From assembly GCA_964057225.1 (NCBI GenBank), contig OZ059895.1, forward strand, positions 12,400,001 to 12,464,000: 64,000 nucleotides of DNA, in the 5' to 3' direction. Below, one piece after another: positions 42,850 to 57,912 of the stretch. Position numbers and translations under genes: made by a program. This stretch comes from Auanema rhodensis (lineage: Eukaryota > Animalia > Nematoda). Below the pieces are notes generated by a model. That model had not been told where the DNA came from, did not search any database, and saw only the letters and a program-made list of their open reading frames with translations. The first letter of the stretch is position 1; each line of letters begins with the position of its first letter.

Positions 42850-43676
42850 TTTCAAATTTTTTTAACGATCATACCACGTTGAAAGTACGCAATGCAGCTG
42901 ATTTTCAATTTTATCTCTTCAGTAACAAATGTTTTTAATTTTCCAGCAGTTTTACTTAGATAGCTCAACCCAAGGCATCAAAACAACCCAAGGCATCAAA
43001 ATATCTTCAATCTTATTTCTATATTACAGTTATAAATCAGTAGTTTATGAACCTTCATCTTAACTTTACTGTTTCTATCTATTTCCTATTGAAACAAACA
43101 TTGTTTTAACACTATACAACTGTGAAACCTTTTTTAATTTATTGTATTTGGAGCTCATAAGATTTGATATCATCGAGGAATTCAGATGTAACGTAGAAAG
43201 TTACATAACTAACATGAAATTGGAAAAAAAACAATAACGAGGATAAGTATGTAAATCATTGAATATCAGATATTTTCGCTTAGGACCATACCACGTTGAA
43301 AGTACGCCATGCCGCTGATTTTCAATTTTATCTCTTCAGTAACAAGTGTTTTTAATTTTCCAGCAGTTTTACTTAGATAGCTCAACCCAAGGCATCAAAA
43401 TATCTTCAATCTTATTTCTATATTACAGTTATAAATCAGTAGTTTATGAGCCTTCATCTTAACTTTACTGTTTCTATCTATTTCTTATTGAAACAAACAT
43501 TGTTTCAACACTATACAACTGTGAAACCTTTTTTAATTTATTGTATTTGGAGCTCATAAGATTTGATATCATCGAGGAATTTAGATGTAACGTAGAAAAT
43601 TACATAACTAACATGAAATTGGAAAAAAAACAATAACGAGGATAAGTATGTAAATAATTGAATATCAGATTTTTTC

Positions 43677-43795
43677 GCTTACGACCATACCACGTTGAAA
43701 GTACGCCATCCCGTCCGATCTGGCAAGTCAAGCAACGTTGGGCCCGGTTAGTACTTGGATCGGAGACGGCTTGGGAATCCCGGGTGCCGTAAGCT
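43677..43795 (+). rRNA. 5S: 5S rRNA
   Basis: Full 119-nt copy. Confidence 0.95.
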
Positions 43796-44206
43796 TTTCA
43801 AATTTTTTTAACGATCATACCACGTTGAAAGTACGCAATGCAGCTGATTTTCAATTTTATCTCTTCAGTAACAAATGTTTTTAATTTTCCAGCAGTTTTA
43901 CTTAGATAGCTCAACCCAAGGCATCAAAATATCTTCAATCTTATTTCTATAATACAGTTATAAACCAGTAGTTTATGAACCTTCATCTTAACTTTACTGT
44001 TTCTATCTATTTCCTATTGAAACAAACATTGTTTTAACACTATACAACTGTCAAACCTTTTTTAATTTATTGTATTTGGAGCTCATAAGATTTGATATCA
44101 TCGAGGAATTCAGATGTAACGTAGAAAATTACATAACTAACATGAAATTGGAAAAAAAAACAATAACGAGGATAAGTATGTAAATCATTGAATATCAGGT
44201 ATTTTC

Positions 44207-44325
44207 GCTTACGACCATACCACGTTGAAAGTACGCCATCCCGTCCGATCTGGCAAGTCAAGCAACGTTGGGCCCGGTTAGTACTTAGATCGGAGACGGC
44301 TTGGGAATCCCGGGTGCCGTAAGCT
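44207..44325 (+). rRNA. 5S: 5S rRNA (G81A)
   Basis: Full 119-nt copy. Confidence 0.93.
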
Positions 44326-45135
44326 TTTCAAATTTTTTTAACGATCATACCACGTTGAAAGTACGCCATGCAGCTGATTTTCAATTTTATCTCTTCAGTA
44401 ACAAGTGTTTTTAATTTTCCAGCAGTTTTACTTAGATAGCTCAACCCAAGGCATCAAAATATCTTCAATCTTATTTCTATATTACAGTTATAAATCAGTA
44501 GTTTATGAGCCTTCATCTTTACTTTACTGTTTCTATCTATTTCTTATTGAAACAAACATTGTTTTAACACTATACAACTGTGAAACCTTTTTTAATTTAT
44601 TGTATTTGGAGCTCATAAGATTTGATATCATCGAGGAATTTAGATGTAACGTAGAAAATTACATAACTAACATGAAATTGGAAAAAAAACAATAACGAGG
44701 ATAAGTATGTAAATAATTGAATATCAGATTTTTTCGCTTACGACCATACCACGTTGAAAGTAAGCAATGCAGCTGATTTTCAATTTTATCTCTTCCGTAA
44801 CAAATGTTTTTAATTTTCCAGCAGTTTTACTTAGATAGCTCAACCCAAGGCATCAAAATATCTTCAATCTTATTTCTATAATACAGTTATAAACCAGTAG
44901 TTTATGAACCTTCATCTTAACTTTACTGTTTCTATCTATTTCCTATTGAAACAAACATTGTTTTAACACTATACAACTGTCAAACCTTTTTTAATTTATT
45001 GTATTTGGAGCTCATAAGATTTGATATCATCGAGGAATTCAGATGTAACGTAGAAAATTACATAACTAACATGAAATTGGAAAAAAAAACAATAACGAGG
45101 ATAAGTATGTAAATCATTGAATATCAGGTATTTTC

Positions 45136-45254
45136 GCTTACGACCATACCACGTTGAAAGTACGCCATCCCGTCCGATCTGGCAAGTCAAGCAACGTTGG
45201 GCCCGGTTAGTACTTAGATCGGAGACGGCTTGGGAATCCCGGGTGCCGTAAGCT
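45136..45254 (+). rRNA. 5S: 5S rRNA (G81A)
   Basis: Full 119-nt copy. Confidence 0.93.
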
Positions 45255-46063
45255 TTTCAAATTTTTTTAACGATCATACCACGTTGAAAGTACGCCATGC
45301 AGCTGATTTTCAATTTTATCTCTTCAGTAACAAGTGTTTTTAATTTTCCAGCAGTTTTACTTAGATAGCTCAACCCAAGGCATCAAAATATCTTCAATCT
45401 TATTTCTATATTACAGTTATAAATCAGTAGTTTATGAGCCTTCATCTTTACTTTACTGTTTCTATCTATTTCTTATTGAAACAAACATTGTTTTAACACT
45501 ATACAACTGTGAAACCTTTTTTAATTTATTGTATTTGGAGCTCATAAGATTTGATATCATCGAGGAATTTAGATGTAACGTAGAAAATTACATAACTAAC
45601 ATGAAATTGGAAAAAAAACAATAACGAGGATAAGTATGTAAATAATTGAATATCAGATTTTTTCGCTTACGACCATACCACGTTGAAAGTAAGCAATGCA
45701 GCTGATTTTCAATTTTATCTCTTCCGTAACAAATGTTTTTAATTTTCCAGCAGTTTTACTTAGATAGCTCAACCCAAGGCATCAAAATATCTTCAATCTT
45801 TTTTGTATATTACAGTTATAAACCATTAGTTTATGAACCTTCATCTTAACTTTACTGTTTCTATCTATTTCCTATTGAAACAAACATTGTTTAAACACTA
45901 TACAACTGTGAAACCTTTTTTAATTTATTGTATTTGGATCTCATAAGATTTGATATCATCGAGGAATTCAGATGTAACGTAGAAAATTACATAACTAACA
46001 TGAAATTGGAAAAAAAACAATAACGAGGATAAGTACGTAAATCATTGAATATCAGGTATTTTC

Positions 46064-46182
46064 GCTTACGACCATACCACGTTGAAAGTACGCCATCCCG
46101 TCCGATCTGGCAAGTCAAGCAACGTTGGGCCCGGTTAGTACTTAGATCGGAGACGGCTTGGGAATCCCGGATGCCGTAAGCT
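46064..46182 (+). rRNA. 5S: 5S rRNA (G81A, G108A)
   Basis: Full 119-nt copy. Confidence 0.92.
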
Positions 46183-47009
46183 TTTCAAATTTTTTTAACG
46201 ATCATACCACGTTGAAAGTACGCAATGCAGCTGATTTTCAATTTTATCTCTTCAGTAACAAATGTTTTTAATTTTCCAGCAGTTTTACTTAGATAGCTCA
46301 ACCCAAGGCATCAAAACAACCCAAGGCATCAAAATATCTTCAATCTTATTTCTATATTACAGTTATAAATCAGTAGTTTATGAACCTTCATCTTAACTTT
46401 ACTGTTTCTATCTATTTCCTATTGAAACAAACATTGTTTTAACACTATACAACTGTGAAACCTTTTTTAATTTATTGTATTTGGAGCTCATAAGATTTGA
46501 TATCATCGAGGAATTCAGATGTAACGTAGAAAGTTACATAACTAACATGAAATTGGAAAAAAAACAATAACGAGGATAAGTATGTAAATCATTGAATATC
46601 AGATATTTTCGCTTAGGACCATACCACGTTGAAAGTACGCCATGCCGCTGATTTTCAATTTTATCTCTTCAGTAACAAGTGTTTTTAATTTTCCAGCAGT
46701 TTTACTTAGATAGCTCAACCCAAGGCATCAAAATATCTTCAATCTTATTTCTATATTACAGTTATAAATCAGTAGTTTATGAGCCTTCATCTTAACTTTA
46801 CTGTTTCTATCTATTTCTTATTGAAACAAACATTGTTTCAACACTATACAACTGTGAAACCTTTTTTAATTTATTGTATTTGGAGCTCATAAGATTTGAT
46901 ATCATCGAGGAATTTAGATGTAACGTAGAAAATTACATAACTAACATGAAATTGGAAAAAAAACAATAACGAGGATAAGTATGTAAATAATTGAATATCA
47001 GATTTTTTC

Positions 47010-47128
47010 GCTTACGACCATACCACGTTGAAAGTACGCCATCCCGTCCGATCTGGCAAGTCAAGCAACGTTGGGCCCGGTTAGTACTTGGATCGGAGAC
47101 GGCTTGGGAATCCCGGGTGCCGTAAGCT
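47010..47128 (+). rRNA. 5S: 5S rRNA
   Basis: Full 119-nt copy. Confidence 0.95.
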
Positions 47129-47539
47129 TTTCAAATTTTTTTAACGATCATACCACGTTGAAAGTACGCAATGCAGCTGATTTTCAATTTTATCTCTTCA
47201 GTAACAAATGTTTTTAATTTTCCAGCAGTTTTACTTAGATAGCTCAACCCAAGGCATCAAAATATCTTCAATCTTATTTCTATAATACAGTTATAAACCA
47301 GTAGTTTATGAACCTTCATCTTAACTTTACTGTTTCTATCTATTTCCTATTGAAACAAACATTGTTTTAACACTATACAACTGTCAAACCTTTTTTAATT
47401 TATTGTATTTGGAGCTCATAAGATTTGATATCATCGAGGAATTCAGATGTAACGTAGAAAATTACATAACTAACATGAAATTGGAAAAAAAAACAATAAC
47501 GAGGATAAGTATGTAAATCATTGAATATCAGGTATTTTC

Positions 47540-47658
47540 GCTTACGACCATACCACGTTGAAAGTACGCCATCCCGTCCGATCTGGCAAGTCAAGCAACG
47601 TTGGGCCCGGTTAGTACTTAGATCGGAGACGGCTTGGGAATCCCGGGTGCCGTAAGCT
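47540..47658 (+). rRNA. 5S: 5S rRNA (G81A)
   Basis: Full 119-nt copy. Confidence 0.93.
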
Positions 47659-48467
47659 TTTCAAATTTTTTTAACGATCATACCACGTTGAAAGTACGCC
47701 ATGCAGCTGATTTTCAATTTTATCTCTTCAGTAACAAGTGTTTTTAATTTTCCAGCAGTTTTACTTAGATAGCTCAACCCAAGGCATCAAAATATCTTCA
47801 ATCTTATTTCTATATTACAGTTATAAATCAGTAGTTTATGAGCCTTCATCTTTACTTTACTGTTTCTATCTATTTCTTATTGAAACAAACATTGTTTTAA
47901 CACTATACAACTGTGAAACCTTTTTTAATTTATTGTATTTGGAGCTCATAAGATTTGATATCATCGAGGAATTTAGATGTAACGTAGAAAATTACATAAC
48001 TAACATGAAATTGGAAAAAAAACAATAACGAGGATAAGTATGTAAATAATTGAATATCAGATTTTTTCGCTTACGACCATACCACGTTGAAAGTAAGCAA
48101 TGCAGCTGATTTTCAATTTTATCTCTTCCGTAACAAATGTTTTTAATTTTCCAGCAGTTTTACTTAGATAGCTCAACCCAAGGCATCAAAATATCTTCAA
48201 TCTTTTTTGTATATTACAGTTATAAACCATTAGTTTATGAACCTTCATCTTAACTTTACTGTTTCTATCTATTTCCTATTGAAACAAACATTGTTTAAAC
48301 ACTATACAACTGTGAAACCTTTTTTAATTTATTGTATTTGGATCTCATAAGATTTGATATCATCGAGGAATTCAGATGTAACGTAGAAAATTACATAACT
48401 AACATGAAATTGGAAAAAAAACAATAACGAGGATAAGTACGTAAATCATTGAATATCAGGTATTTTC

Positions 48468-48586
48468 GCTTACGACCATACCACGTTGAAAGTACGCCAT
48501 CCCGTCCGATCTGGCAAGTCAAGCAACGTTGGGCCCGGTTAGTACTTAGATCGGAGACGGCTTGGGAATCCCGGATGCCGTAAGCT
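48468..48586 (+). rRNA. 5S: 5S rRNA (G81A, G108A)
   Basis: Full 119-nt copy. Confidence 0.92.
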
Positions 48587-49014
48587 TTTCAAATTTTTTT
48601 AACGATCATACCACGTTGAAAGTACGCAATGCAGCTGATTTTCAATTTTATCTCTTCAGTAACAAATGTTTTTAATTTTCCAGCAGTTTTACTTAGATAG
48701 CTCAACCCAAGGCATCAAAACAACCCAAGGCATCAAAATATCTTCAATCTTATTTCTATATTACAGTTATAAATCAGTAGTTTATGAACCTTCATCTTAA
48801 CTTTACTGTTTCTATCTATTTCCTATTGAAACAAACATTGTTTTAACACTATACAACTGTGAAACCTTTTTTAATTTATTGTATTTGGAGCTCATAAGAT
48901 TTGATATCATCGAGGAATTCAGATGTAACGTAGAAAGTTACATAACTAACATGAAATTGGAAAAAAAACAATAACGAGGATAAGTATGTAAATCATTGAA
49001 TATCAGGTATTTTC

Positions 49015-49133
49015 GCTTACGACCATACCACGTTGAAAGTACGCCATCCCGTCCGATCTGGCAAGTCAAGCAACGTTGGGCCCGGTTAGTACTTAGATCG
49101 GAGACGGCTTGGGAATCCCGGGTGCCGTAAGCT
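49015..49133 (+). rRNA. 5S: 5S rRNA (G81A)
   Basis: Full 119-nt copy. Confidence 0.93.
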
Positions 49134-49942
49134 TTTCAAATTTTTTTAACGATCATACCACGTTGAAAGTACGCCATGCAGCTGATTTTCAATTTTATCT
49201 CTTCAGTAACAAGTGTTTTTAATTTTCCAGCAGTTTTACTTAGATAGCTCAACCCAAGGCATCAAAATATCTTCAATCTTATTTCTATATTACAGTTATA
49301 AATCAGTAGTTTATGAGCCTTCATCTTAACTTTACTGTTTCTATCTATTTCTTATTGAAACAAACATTGTTTTAACACTATACAACTGTGAAACCTTTTT
49401 TAATTTATTGTATTTGGAGCTCATAAGATTTGATATCATCGAGGAATTTAGATGTAACGTAGAAAATTACATAACTAACATGAAATTGGAAAAAAAACAA
49501 TAACGAGGATAAGTATGTAAATAATTGAATATCAGATTTTTTCGCTTACGACCATACCACGTTGAAAGTACGCAATGCAGCTGATTTTCAATTTTATCTC
49601 TTCCGTAACAAATGTTTTTAATTTTCCAGCAGTTTTACTTAGATAGCTCAACCCAAGGCATCAAAATATCTTCAATCTTATTTCTATATTACAGTTATAA
49701 ACCAGTAGTTTATGAACCTTCATCTTAACTTTACTGTTTCTATCTATTTCCTATTGAAACAAACATTGTTTAAACACTATACAACTGTGAAACCTTTTTT
49801 AATTTATTGTATTTGGATCTCATAAGATTTGATATCATCGAGGAATTCAGATGTAACGTAGAAAATTACATAACTAACATGAAATTGGAAAAAAAACAAT
49901 AACGAGGATAAGTATGTAAATCATTGAATATCAGGTATTTTC

Positions 49943-50061
49943 GCTTACGACCATACCACGTTGAAAGTACGCCATCCCGTCCGATCTGGCAAGTCAAGCA
50001 ACGTTGGGCCCGGTTAGTACTTAGATCGGAGACGGCTTGGGAATCCCGGGTGCCGTAAGCT
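49943..50061 (+). rRNA. 5S: 5S rRNA (G81A)
   Basis: Full 119-nt copy. Confidence 0.93.
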
Positions 50062-50870
50062 TTTCAAATTTTTTTAACGATCATACCACGTTGAAAGTAC
50101 GCCATGCAGCTGATTTTCAATTTTATCTCTTCAGTAACAAATGTTTTTAATTTTCCAGCAGTTTTACTTAGATAGCTCAACCCAAGGCAACAAAATATCT
50201 TCAATCTTATTTCTATATTACAGTTATAAATCAGTAGTTTATGAACCTTCATCTTAACTTTACTGTTTCTATCTATTTCCTATTGAAACAAACATTGTTT
50301 TAACACTATACAACTGTGAAACCTTTTTAAATTTATTGTATTTGGAGCTCATAAGATTTGATATCATCGAGGAATTTAGATGTAACGTAGAAAATTACAT
50401 AACTAACATGAAATTGGAAAAAAAACAATAACGAGGATAAGTATGTAAATCATTGAATATCAGATTTTTTCGCTTACGACCATACCACGTTGAAAGTACG
50501 CCATGCAGCTGATTTTCAATTTTATCTCTTCCGTAACAAATGTTTTTAATTTTCCAGCAGTTTTACTTAGATAGCTCAACCCAAGGCATCAAAATATCTT
50601 CAATCTTATTTCTATATTACAGTTATAAACCAGTAGTTTATGAACCTTCATTTTAACTTTACTGTTTCTATCTATTTCCTATTGAAACAAACATTGTTTA
50701 AACACTATACAACTGTGAAACCTTTTTTAATTTATTGTATTTGGATCTCATAAGATTTGATATCATCGAGGGATTCAGATGTAACGTAGAAAATTACATA
50801 ACTAACATGAAATTGGAAAAAAAACAATAACGAGGATAAGTATGTAAATCATTGAATATCAGGTATTTTC

Positions 50871-50989
50871 GCTTACGACCATACCACGTTGAAAGTACGC
50901 CATCCCGTCCGATCTGGCAAGTCAAGCAACGTTGGGCCCGGTTAGTACTTGGATCGGAGACGGCTTGGGAATCCCGGGTGCCGTAAGCT
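50871..50989 (+). rRNA. 5S: 5S rRNA
   Basis: Full 119-nt copy. Confidence 0.95.
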
Positions 50990-51399
50990 TTTCAAATTTT
51001 TTTAACGATCATACCACGTTGAAAGTACGCCATGCAGCTGATTTTCAATTTTATCTCTTCCGTAACAAATGTTTTCAATTTTCCAGCAGTTTTACTTAGA
51101 TAGCTCAACCGAAGGCAGCGAATTATCTCTAATCTTATTCCTATATTACAGTTATAAACCAGTAGTTTATGAACCTTCATCTTAACTTTACTGTTTCTAT
51201 CTATTTCCTATTGAAACAAACATTGTTTAAACACTATACAACTGTGAGACCTTTTTTAATTTATTGTATTTGGATCTCATAAGATTTGATATCATCGAGG
51301 GATTTAGATGTAACGTAGAAAATTACATAACTAACATGAAATTGGAAAAAAAACAATAACGAGGATAAGTATGTAAATCATTGAATATCAGATATTTTT

Positions 51400-51518
51400 G
51401 CTTACGACCATACCATGTTGAAAGTACGCCATCCCGTCCGATCTGGCAAGTCAAGCAACGTTGGGCCCGGTTAGTACTTGGATCGGAGACGGCTTGGGAA
51501 TCCCGGGTGCCGTAAGCT
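51400..51518 (+). rRNA. 5S: 5S rRNA (C17T)
   Basis: Full 119-nt copy. Confidence 0.92.
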
Positions 51519-51946
51519 TTTCAAATTTTTTTAACGATCATACCACGTTGAAAGTACGCAATGCAGCTGATTTTCAATTTTATCTCTTCAGTAACAAATG
51601 TTTTTAATTTTCCAGCAGTTTTACTTAGATAGCTCAACCCAAGGCATCAAAACAACCCAAGGCATCAAAATATCTTCAATCTTATTTCTATATTACAGTT
51701 ATAAACCAGTAGTTTATGAACCTTCATCTTAACTTTACTGTTTCTATCTATTTCCTATTGAAACAAACATTGTTTAAACACTATACAACTGTGAAACCTT
51801 TTTTAATTTATTGTATTTGGATCTCATAAGATTTGATATCATCGAGGGATTTAGATGTTACGTAGAAAATTACATAACTAACATGAAATTGGAAAAAAAA
51901 CAATAACGAGGATAAGTATGTAAATCATTGAATATCAGGTATTTTC

Positions 51947-52065
51947 GCTTACGACCATACCACGTTGAAAGTACGCCATCCCGTCCGATCTGGCAAGTCA
52001 AGCAGCGTTGGGCCCGGTTAGTACTTGGATCGGAGACGGCTTGGGAATCCCGGGTTGCGTAAGCT
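51947..52065 (+). rRNA. 5S: 5S rRNA (A59G, G110T, C111G)
   Basis: Full 119-nt copy. Confidence 0.9.
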
Positions 52066-53139
52066 TTTCAAATTTTTTTAACGATCATACCACGTTGAAA
52101 GTACGCAATGCAGCTGATTTTCAATTTTATCCCTTCCGTAACAAATGTTTTGAATTTTCCAGCAGTTTTACTTAGATAGCTCAACCCAAGGCATCAAAAT
52201 ATCTTCAATCTTATTTCTATATTACAGTTATAAACCAGTAGTTTATGAACCTTCATCTTAACTTTACTGTTTCTATCTGTTTCCTATTGAAACAAACATT
52301 GTTTAAACACAATACAACTGTGAAACCTTTTTTAATTTATTGTATTTGGATCTCATAAGATTTGATATCATCGAGGGATTTAGATGTAACGTAGAAAATT
52401 ACATAACTAACATGAAATTGGAAAAAAAACTTTTACTTAGATAGCTCAACCCAAGGCATCAAAATGTCTTCAATCTTATTTCTATATTACAGTTATAAAC
52501 CAGTAGTTTATGAACCTTCATCTTAACTTTACTGTTTCTATCTATTTCCTATTGAAACAAACATTGTTTAAACACTATACAACTGTGAAACCTTTTTTAA
52601 TTTATTGTATTTGGATCTCATAAGATTTGATGTCATCGAGGGATTTAGATGTAACGTAGAAAATTACATAACTAACACGAAATTGGAAAAAAAACAATAA
52701 CGAGGATAAGTATGTAAATCATTGAATATCAGATTTTTTCGCTTACGACCATACCACGTTTAAAGTACGCCATGCAGCTGATTTTCAATTTTATCTCTTC
52801 CGTAACAAATGTTTTTAATTTTCCAGCAGTTTTACTTAGATAGCTCAACCCAAGGCATCAAAATATCTTCAATCTTATTTCTATATTACAGTTATAAACC
52901 AGTAGTTTATGAACCTTCATTTTAACTTTACTGTTTCTATCTATTTCCTATTGAAACAAACATTGTTTTAACACTATACAACTGTGAAACCTTTTTTAAT
53001 TTATTGTATTTGGAGCTCATAAGATTTGATATCATCGAGGAATTCAGATGTAACGTAGAAAGTTACATAACTAACATGAAATTGGAAAAAAAACAATAAC
53101 GAGGATAAGTATGTAAATCATTGAATATCAGGTATTTTC

Positions 53140-53258
53140 GCTTACGACCATACCACGTTGAAAGTACGCCATCCCGTCCGATCTGGCAAGTCAAGCAACG
53201 TTGGGCCCGGTTAGTACTTAGATCGGAGACGGCTTGGGAATCCCGGGTGCCGTAAGCT
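53140..53258 (+). rRNA. 5S: 5S rRNA (G81A)
   Basis: Full 119-nt copy. Confidence 0.93.
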
Positions 53259-54067
53259 TTTCAAATTTTTTTAACGATCATACCACGTTGAAAGTACGCC
53301 ATGCAGCTGATTTTCAATTTTATCTCTTCAGTAACAAGTGTTTTTAATTTTCCAGCAGTTTTACTTAGATAGCTCAACCCAAGGCATCAAAATATCTTCA
53401 ATCTTATTTCTATATTACAGTTATAAATCAGTAGTTTATGAGCCTTCATCTTAACTTTACTGTTTCTATCTATTTCTTATTGAAACAAACATTGTTTTAA
53501 CACTATACAACTGTGAAACCTTTTTTAATTTATTGTATTTGGAGCTCATAAGATTTGATATCATCGAGGAATTTAGATGTAACGTAGAAAATTACATAAC
53601 TAACATGAAATTGGAAAAAAAACAATAACGAGGATAAGTATGTAAATAATTGAATATCAGATTTTTTCGCTTACGACCATACCACGTTGAAAGTACGCAA
53701 TGCAGCTGATTTTCAATTTTATCTCTTCCGTAACAAATGTTTTTAATTTTCCAGCAGTTTTACTTAGATAGCTCAACCCAAGGCATCAAAATATCTTCAA
53801 TCTTATTTCTATATTACAGTTATAAACCAGTAGTTTATGAACCTTCATCTTAACTTTACTGTTTCTATCTATTTCCTATTGAAACAAACATTGTTTAAAC
53901 ACTATACAACTGTGAAACCTTTTTTAATTTATTGTATTTGGATCTCATAAGATTTGATATCATCGAGGAATTCAGATGTAACGTAGAAAATTACATAACT
54001 AACATGAAATTGGAAAAAAAACAATAACGAGGATAAGTATGTAAATCATTGAATATCAGGTATTTTC

Positions 54068-54186
54068 GCTTACGACCATACCACGTTGAAAGTACGCCAT
54101 CCCGTCCGATCTGGCAAGTCAAGCAACGTTGGGCCCGGTTAGTACTTAGATCGGAGACGGCTTGGGAATCCCGGGTGCCGTAAGCT
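54068..54186 (+). rRNA. 5S: 5S rRNA (G81A)
   Basis: Full 119-nt copy. Confidence 0.93.
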
Positions 54187-54995
54187 TTTCAAATTTTTTT
54201 AACGATCATACCACGTTGAAAGTACGCCATGCAGCTGATTTTCAATTTTATCTCTTCAGTAACAAATGTTTTTAATTTTCCAGCAGTTTTACTTAGATAG
54301 CTCAACCCAAGGCAACAAAATATCTTCAATCTTATTTCTATATTACAGTTATAAATCAGTAGTTTATGAACCTTCATCTTAACTTTACTGTTTCTATCTA
54401 TTTCCTATTGAAACAAACATTGTTTTAACACTATACAACTGTGAAACCTTTTTTAATTTATTGTATTTGGAGCTCATAAGATTTGATATCATCGAGGAAT
54501 TTAGATGTAACGTAGAAAATTACATAACTAACATGAAATTGGAAAAAAAACAATAACGAGGATAAGTATGTAAATCATTGAATATCAGATTTTTTCGCTT
54601 ACGACCATACCACGTTGAAAGTACGCCATGCAGCTGATTTTCAATTTTATCTCTTCCGTAACAAATGTTTTTAATTTTCCAGCAGTTTTACTTAGATAGC
54701 TCAACCCAAGGCATCAAAATATCTTCAATCTTATTTCTATATTACAGTTATAAACCAGTAGTTTATGAACCTTCATTTTAACTTTACTGTTTCTATCTAT
54801 TTCCTATTGAAACAAACATTGTTTAAACACTATACAACTGTGAAACCTTTTTTAATTTATTGTATTTGGATCTCATAAGATTTGATATCATCGAGGGATT
54901 CAGATGTAACGTAGAAAATTACATAACTAACATGAAATTGGAAAAAAAACAATAACGAGGATAAGTATGTAAATCATTGAATATCAGGTATTTTC

Positions 54996-55114
54996 GCTTA
55001 CGACCATACCACGTTGAAAGTACGCCATCCCGTCCGATCTGGCAAGTCAAGCAACGTTGGGCCCGGTTAGTACTTGGATCGGAGACGGCTTGGGAATCCC
55101 GGGTGCCGTAAGCT
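54996..55114 (+). rRNA. 5S: 5S rRNA
   Basis: Full 119-nt copy. Confidence 0.95.
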
Positions 55115-55524
55115 TTTCAAATTTTTTTAACGATCATACCACGTTGAAAGTACGCCATGCAGCTGATTTTCAATTTTATCTCTTCCGTAACAAATGTTTT
55201 CAATTTTCCAGCAGTTTTACTTAGATAGCTCAACCGAAGGCAGCGAATTATCTCTAATCTTATTCCTATATTACAGTTATAAACCAGTAGTTTATGAACC
55301 TTCATCTTAACTTTACTGTTTCTATCTATTTCCTATTGAAACAAACATTGTTTAAACACTATACAACTGTGAGACCTTTTTTAATTTATTGTATTTGGAT
55401 CTCATAAGATTTGATATCATCGAGGGATTTAGATGTAACGTAGAAAATTACATAACTAACATGAAATTGGAAAAAAAACAATAACGAGGATAAGTATGTA
55501 AATCATTGAATATCAGATATTTTT

Positions 55525-55643
55525 GCTTACGACCATACCACGTTGAAAGTACGCCATCCCGTCCGATCTGGCAAGTCAAGCAACGTTGGGCCCGGTTAGT
55601 ACTTGGATCGGAGACGGCTTGGGAATCCCGGGTGCCGTAAGCT
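55525..55643 (+). rRNA. 5S: 5S rRNA
   Basis: Full 119-nt copy. Confidence 0.95.
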
Positions 55644-56071
55644 TTTCAAATTTTTTTAACGATCATACCACGTTGAAAGTACGCAATGCAGCTGATTTTC
55701 AATTTTATCTCTTCAGTAACAAATGTTTTTAATTTTCCAGCAGTTTTACTTAGATAGCTCAACCCAAGGCATCAAAACAACCCAAGGCATCAAAATATCT
55801 TCAATCTTATTTCTATATTACAGTTATAAACCAGTAGTTTATGAACCTTCATCTTAACTTTACTGTTTCTATCTATTTCCTATTGAAACAAACATTGTTT
55901 AAACACTATACAACTGTGAAACCTTTTTTAATTTATTGTATTTGGATCTCATAAGATTTGATATCATCGAGGGATTTAGATGTTACGTAGAAAATTACAT
56001 AACTAACATGAAATTGGAAAAAAAACAATAACGAGGATAAGTATGTAAATCATTGAATATCAGGTATTTTC

Positions 56072-56190
56072 GCTTACGACCATACCACGTTGAAAGTACG
56101 CCATCCCGTCCGATCTGGCAAGTCAAGCAGCGTTGGGCCCGGTTAGTACTTGGATCGGAGACGGCTTGGGAATCCCGGGTTGCGTAAGCT
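56072..56190 (+). rRNA. 5S: 5S rRNA (A59G, G110T, C111G)
   Basis: Full 119-nt copy. Confidence 0.9.
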
Positions 56191-57264
56191 TTTCAAATTT
56201 TTTTAACGATCATACCACGTTGAAAGTACGCAATGCAGCTGATTTTCAATTTTATCCCTTCCGTAACAAATGTTTTGAATTTTCCAGCAGTTTTACTTAG
56301 ATAGCTCAACCCAAGGCATCAAAATATCTTCAATCTTATTTCTATATTACAGTTATAAACCAGTAGTTTATGAACCTTCATCTTAACTTTACTGTTTCTA
56401 TCTGTTTCCTATTGAAACAAACATTGTTTAAACACAATACAACTGTGAAACCTTTTTTAATTTATTGTATTTGGATCTCATAAGATTTGATATCATCGAG
56501 GGATTTAGATGTAACGTAGAAAATTACATAACTAACATGAAATTGGAAAAAAAACTTTTACTTAGATAGCTCAACCCAAGGCATCAAAATGTCTTCAATC
56601 TTATTTCTATATTACAGTTATAAACCAGTAGTTTATGAACCTTCATCTTAACTTTACTGTTTCTATCTATTTCCTATTGAAACAAACATTGTTTAAACAC
56701 TATACAACTGTGAAACCTTTTTTAATTTATTGTATTTGGATCTCATAAGATTTGATGTCATCGAGGGATTTAGATGTAACGTAGAAAATTACATAACTAA
56801 CACGAAATTGGAAAAAAAACAATAACGAGGATAAGTATGTAAATCATTGAATATCAGATTTTTTCGCTTACGACCATACCACGTTTAAAGTACGCCATGC
56901 AGCTGATTTTCAATTTTATCTCTTCCGTAACAAATGTTTTTAATTTTCCAGCAGTTTTACTTAGATAGCTCAACCCAAGGCATCAAAATATCTTCAATCT
57001 TATTTCTATATTACAGTTATAAACCAGTAGTTTATGAACCTTCATTTTAACTTTACTGTTTCTATCTATTTCCTATTGAAACAAACATTGTTTTAACACT
57101 ATACAACTGTGAAACCTTTTTTAATTTATTGTATTTGGAGCTCATAAGATTTGATATCATCGAGGAATTCAGATGTAACGTAGAAAGTTACATAACTAAC
57201 ATGAAATTGGAAAAAAAACAATAACGAGGATAAGTATGTAAATCATTGAATATCAGGTATTTTC

Positions 57265-57383
57265 GCTTACGACCATACCACGTTGAAAGTACGCCATCCC
57301 GTCCGATCTGGCAAGTCAAGCAACGTTGGGCCCGGTTAGTACTTAGATCGGAGACGGCTTGGGAATCCCGGGTGCCGTAAGCT
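57265..57383 (+). rRNA. 5S: 5S rRNA (G81A)
   Basis: Full 119-nt copy. Confidence 0.93.
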
Positions 57384-57793
57384 TTTCAAATTTTTTTAAC
57401 GATCATACCACGTTGAAAGTACGCCATGCAGCTGATTTTCAATTTTATCTCTTCAGTAACAAGTGTTTTTAATTTTCCAGCAGTTTTACTTAGATAGCTC
57501 AACCCAAGGCATCAAAATATCTTCAATCTTATTTCTATATTACAGTTATAAATCAGTAGTTTATGAGCCTTCATCTTAACTTTACTGTTTCTATCTATTT
57601 CTTATTGAAACAAACATTGTTTTAACACTATACAACTGTGAAACCTTTTTTAATTTATTGTATTTGGAGCTCATAAGATTTGATATCATCGAGGAATTTA
57701 GATGTAACGTAGAAAATTACATAACTAACATGAAATTGGAAAAAAAACAATAACGAGGATAAGTATGTAAATCATTGAATATCAGGTATTTTC

Positions 57794-57912
57794 GCTTACG
57801 ACCATACCACGTTGAAAGTACGCCATCCCGTCCGATCTGGCAAGTCAAGCAACGTTGGGCCCGGTTAGTACTTAGATCGGAGACGGCTTGGGAATCCCGG
57901 GTGCCGTAAGCT
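57794..57912 (+). rRNA. 5S: 5S rRNA (G81A)
   Basis: Full 119-nt copy. Confidence 0.93.
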